Made by a program: the position numbers and the translations under genes
Assembly: GCA_008632985.1 (NCBI GenBank)
Contig: QPGO01000292.1
Location: forward strand, 1-64,000
Reading direction: 5' to 3'
From: Psammoneis japonica
Lineage: Eukaryota
DNA: 64,000 nucleotides
Notes under the pieces: model-generated
The model's input: only the letters and a program-made list of their open reading frames with translations
Told to the model about the DNA's origin: nothing
The model's database searches: none
Shown: positions 60,348 through 64,000 of the stretch, piece after piece
How the letters are laid out: every line of letters starts with the position of its first letter
Numbering within the stretch: position 1 is the first letter of the stretch

Positions 60348-60643
60348 GATGTTTGAGTAACAAAGCACTATATCTTTCAAAAGCTAGTCGATCATTTGCC
60401 AAGTCTAGACAAAAACTTGAAATGTTATGTCTCAGATCTCCGGATGGACGGAGCGGGAAGTTTTCCGTATAGTTACAGTACCTTTATTCTTACGAATAAA
60501 TAGCTCCACTCGACTCTGACACTCGTTGTCAAAACTCAATGAATCTCGTACATTGAAACAAACTTTCAGGGTACAGCGTGCAGATCCAAGGCTTTTCCAT
60601 CGCGAGTAGGATGACAACTGTATAGTAGGATAATGACGTACGG

Positions 60644-63600
60644 GCGGTTGCCACCGCTTTGCTCATGCGTGCTTCGTATCGGGGATGGACGAGCGCGCTC
60701 CTGGAGTGAAACGGTGGGTTCAAACCACTGGTCGCGCGCTCTCTTCTAAAGTGATGTAAATCTCATGGAATGCATTGTGTGCTTGGAGTGGAGATGGCTT
60801 TACTAGCGCTGTGAAAGGTTTTCTCCCTACCCAAAGCTGGACGGTAGGGCCAGAGGGCGGGAGAGGTGGGAGCGATTAAACTGTGCTGACGACCGTGGCT
60901 TGTCTTTGTCGATCTTGAAAGAATGAGACAGACCGGTGACCGAAGAAAAACAACAACCAACCCTTGCAGCACGTTCAACGTGCGTACGTGGTTCAACAGG
61001 TAATGGGTCTTCTCCCCGATTCTGGCACTGGATGAGGACAGCGGTTGCCACCGCTTTGCTCATGCGTGCTTCGCATCGGGGATGGACGAGCGCGCTCCTG
61101 GAGTGAAACGGTGGGTTCAAACCACTGGTCGCGCGCTCTCTTCTAAAGTGATGTAAATCTCATGGAATGCATTGTGTGCTTGGAGTGGAGATGGCTTTGC
61201 CAGCACTGTGAAAGGTTTTCTCCCTGCCCAAAGCTGGACGGCAGGGCTTCCAGCGCCACCCACTGATGTGCAGGCGGTGCAGCAGCTGGCCAAACATGTC
61301 TTGGGATTGGGCGGGTGGGCCCGTCTGGAGGGCTGGTGGAGCACTGTCATGGGGCGATGGGCACTTCAGCATTCGGGTGAAGCACGAAATTGCCCCCAGC
61401 GAGCATGGCTTGCGCAAATCCGCGCATGGTGGGCTCGGCTTGGAGGTGCAGATGGCGCAGCATCTCGTCAGAGCGCCAACGGCCTAAGAGACGGATTGGG
61501 TCGGTGTCGACATGGGCACACAGCAGTGCCGTTGTTCCTGCTGCACGAAGGCAGCGGGATGAGACATCGGCCGGTGTGAAGCCCAGGTTCTCGGGACCCA
61601 GGGCAACAATGGCGGTGCGGAGTGCCGACGTCATGTCAGCAGGGGAGACGGCGTGCCACCTGTCGTTTTCAAAATGCACCCCCAGGGGGGTGTCGGGTTG
61701 CGCTCCGCAGGTGCGCAAGTGGACAACTCGGCGGACGAGGGCCCTGGTTGGGCAAAGGTCTGGGTGGCCTGACAGGCCGTGCGCAATGACTTCGCCGCGC
61801 ACTCCATTTTTCTGGGCAGCAAAAGTGAGGGAGCTGAGGGTGGTGGCGAAGAGGGCAGGGGCTGCAGTGGTGAAGAGGTTCAGATGCACTCCGCCCGAGG
61901 CCAAACGAAGGTCTGCCAGGCAAAACGGAGTGGTGTCAGATGGTGTGGCTGTGCACTCACCCGGGCAAAGCAAAAAGAAAAAGGCGATTGCGATCATGTC
62001 CGCAATGGCCCGGGTGCCGGCGCTGTTGCCAAGGGCGGCGGCGTGCAAGATCCAGAGGAGGACGCTGATGGGGACTGGTTTGACACGATCGGGCGGCGGA
62101 TCCTGTTTCTTGTAAAAATGGATTTGGCGGGTGAGACGGAAATCCAAGCCGCCCTGGGGTGTGAGACGTGGGTCCGCGGACCCCATTGCAGCGAACATCT
62201 GCCCAACCGACCGCAAGGCATCCTCAGCGGTGCGTGCCCGGACGGGATTGCCTCTTGGTGCGATGACGCTGGTGTGGAATCGATGGAGGAACACTTGGAG
62301 GAAGAGGATGGGATTGCAGGTGTCTTCGAGAAATGGACTGATGGCCAGTTGGCGGCAAAAGTCGATCCAAAGGTGCCAGTGGGTGTCGGCGGCGGAGGCT
62401 CGGGAAGTGGCAATGCCACGCTGCACTGCTTCCTGCGCAGCGCCGAGATCACGTAAGAACGCAGTTCGGGTGGCGGGGTCCACAGACGCCAAGACTTGCT
62501 CTGTGGGCAAGTGGAGTTCAAATGCGAAAGGAACGCGACGTCAGACAAGTGTTGCAAGCGCGAAGCGTCGTCACCCGCTTGGTTCCAAGTGCCCGGGTGG
62601 CAATCATGGAGGCCCATGTAACGGTGTTGGCGTTGATGGTGCGCTTGAAGCCGGAGGAGCTTTGAAGCCGGTTTGACTGTGGCAGCCGATCCCTTGCATT
62701 GCCAGCACATGGTGCCAAGGTTGTCGGCACGGTTGAGGTTGGTGCGCTCGCGGATGTCGCACGTGTCAGCAGCTGCGCAGGTGTGGACGATGCTGCCAAC
62801 CAGTTCGAGGTCGGTGTTGGTGATGGGTCCGTGTGGATTCTCGTGCGTGGCAAGCAAGTCGGAGATGTCCTTGGGAAATCGCAGGCGCCACGCAATGGGG
62901 CCTGCGTCACGTTGGATGCGACGTCGGCCAGAGGAATGGCGCAGCTTGGCGGCTCGTGGGACTGCGGTGGGTGTTGGTGCGATCACCCCGCCGGCCCCGT
63001 GGCCGGCAGCGTCGTGACAGCCATGAACAGTTGGAGGCAGTGGTGCGAGCTCTTGGATGCGGACGGGACATGAGTCCAGAGTCTGGCGCAGATCACGGAA
63101 ATCGTCCAGTGTGGAATGTGCGTTGGCCACAAGTCGGATGCGTGAGTCCGGTGCAGTGTGGCGGAGGGCTTCCTGCATTCGGAGAACAGGCCTCGAGAGC
63201 CGGGTGTGGCTGCCGCGAGTGAACGCAGTTCTCCCAGGAGTTTCTGACAATCCTGAACGGCAACGCGTTTGCGTGAGCGGGGGAAATCCTTGTGGAGTGT
63301 GTCGTGTGGTCGTGCACGCCGGCGAGGAGCAAGTCGAAGTGTCATTGACAAGGTGTCAATTAACCAGCCTAACACTTCTTTCTGTGTAGACCATGTGGCG
63401 TCACCCTTGCGGAGCTTTTTGACTGATGCGGGTTCTTTGCGGGCGGCAACGTCGTTGGAGTCCGTGGGGCAGAAAACATCGTCGATGGCGTGCAGCAACA
63501 CGCGATGTGTGTTTCTCCGGGCTGCGGCGGACCCCTGCGCGGCGCCGATGAAGTCATCGACGTATGTGTCAATGCAAGCGAGGCGCCGGCGGCGGCTTGG

Positions 63601-64000
63601 GTGTTGAGGTGTGGGTCCGGCGACGTTGGAATCGGCGCGGCAATTGTTGCCGGTGGTGGAGTTGGCTGGGGTGCATGGGTTGGCACCCGACTGGATGCCA
63701 ATTGCTCCAATGGGTGTGGTGGTGCCGTTGTGGCGCGCACTGGCTGTAAGTCAGCCAGGTCTGCTGCCGTCTCGGCAGCGGCGCTGAAACACGGTGGCGA
63801 ACAGGCCCATCCCACAGGGAGCCGTGTGGGTGTGGCCACCAATGGGGGTTCTCCCGGCAGGTGTGGGAAAACCACCCCGAGTCGTTGGGCGTCATCGGGG
63901 TTAAGGTGCATCCGATGGAAGCCATCAGCGAGGTCGACTTTCACAAGGTAAACCCGGCCGTGCGATGGATTTGCCAGCAAGATGCGGCGCAGCAAACGGT
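60644..64000 (-). mobile_element. Tyrosine-recombinase retrotransposon with split direct repeats (Ngaro/PAT-like); runs off the window end
   Basis: RT fragments (KVDLADGF, TYVDDFIG, KEVLGW), RNase H (HDAAGHGAGG, DLEL, DN, DDASR), recombinase ORF, and 207-bp direct repeats at 61041-61247 and 60644-60850 separated by 190 bp. Confidence 0.88.
61347..62510 (-). pseudogene. Tyrosine recombinase of the Ngaro-like element, catalytic residues mutated
   Basis: FFFLLCPGEC (expected LLRPGEY), QKNG, LRAAG and LGRWRSDEMLRHLH (expected RYLH). Frame open for 387 aa. Confidence 0.85.

Overview
Eukaryotic nuclear DNA, most likely a pennate diatom (inferred from a plastid class II aldolase of FBAC2 type, CoDi-like Copia elements and short GT-AG introns). 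Ordinary host genes (HMG-box protein, DGDG synthase, PH, DCC1-like, E2F-like, PDZ, hydrolase, amine oxidase, RPS3, RRM, RPL26, FBAC2, pyruvate kinase) alternate with repeat blocks at about 5.9-26.2 kb, 43.5-49.4 kb, 50.9-52.3 kb and 60.6-64 kb. These blocks hold two Copia retrotransposons, a tandem TRIM-like array, a piggyBac-like fragment, a tyrosine-recombinase retrotransposon and captured genes. Main finding: the repeat blocks have lost almost all TpA dinucleotides through strand-symmetric TpA->TpG/CpA transitions (A:T->G:C), the reverse of fungal RIP. Direction and post-insertion timing can be read from paired LTRs, tandem copies and split repeats, and from systematic Tyr->Cys/His changes in conserved motifs (YVDD->HVDD, recombinase catalytic Tyr->His). 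Older blocks have also lost CpG. This looks like a repeat-targeted hypermutation (genome defence) system that I do not recognise as described. Novelty and a possible sequencing artefact both need checking. Several host genes contain isolated frameshifts, probably assembly indels. All counts were made by eye.
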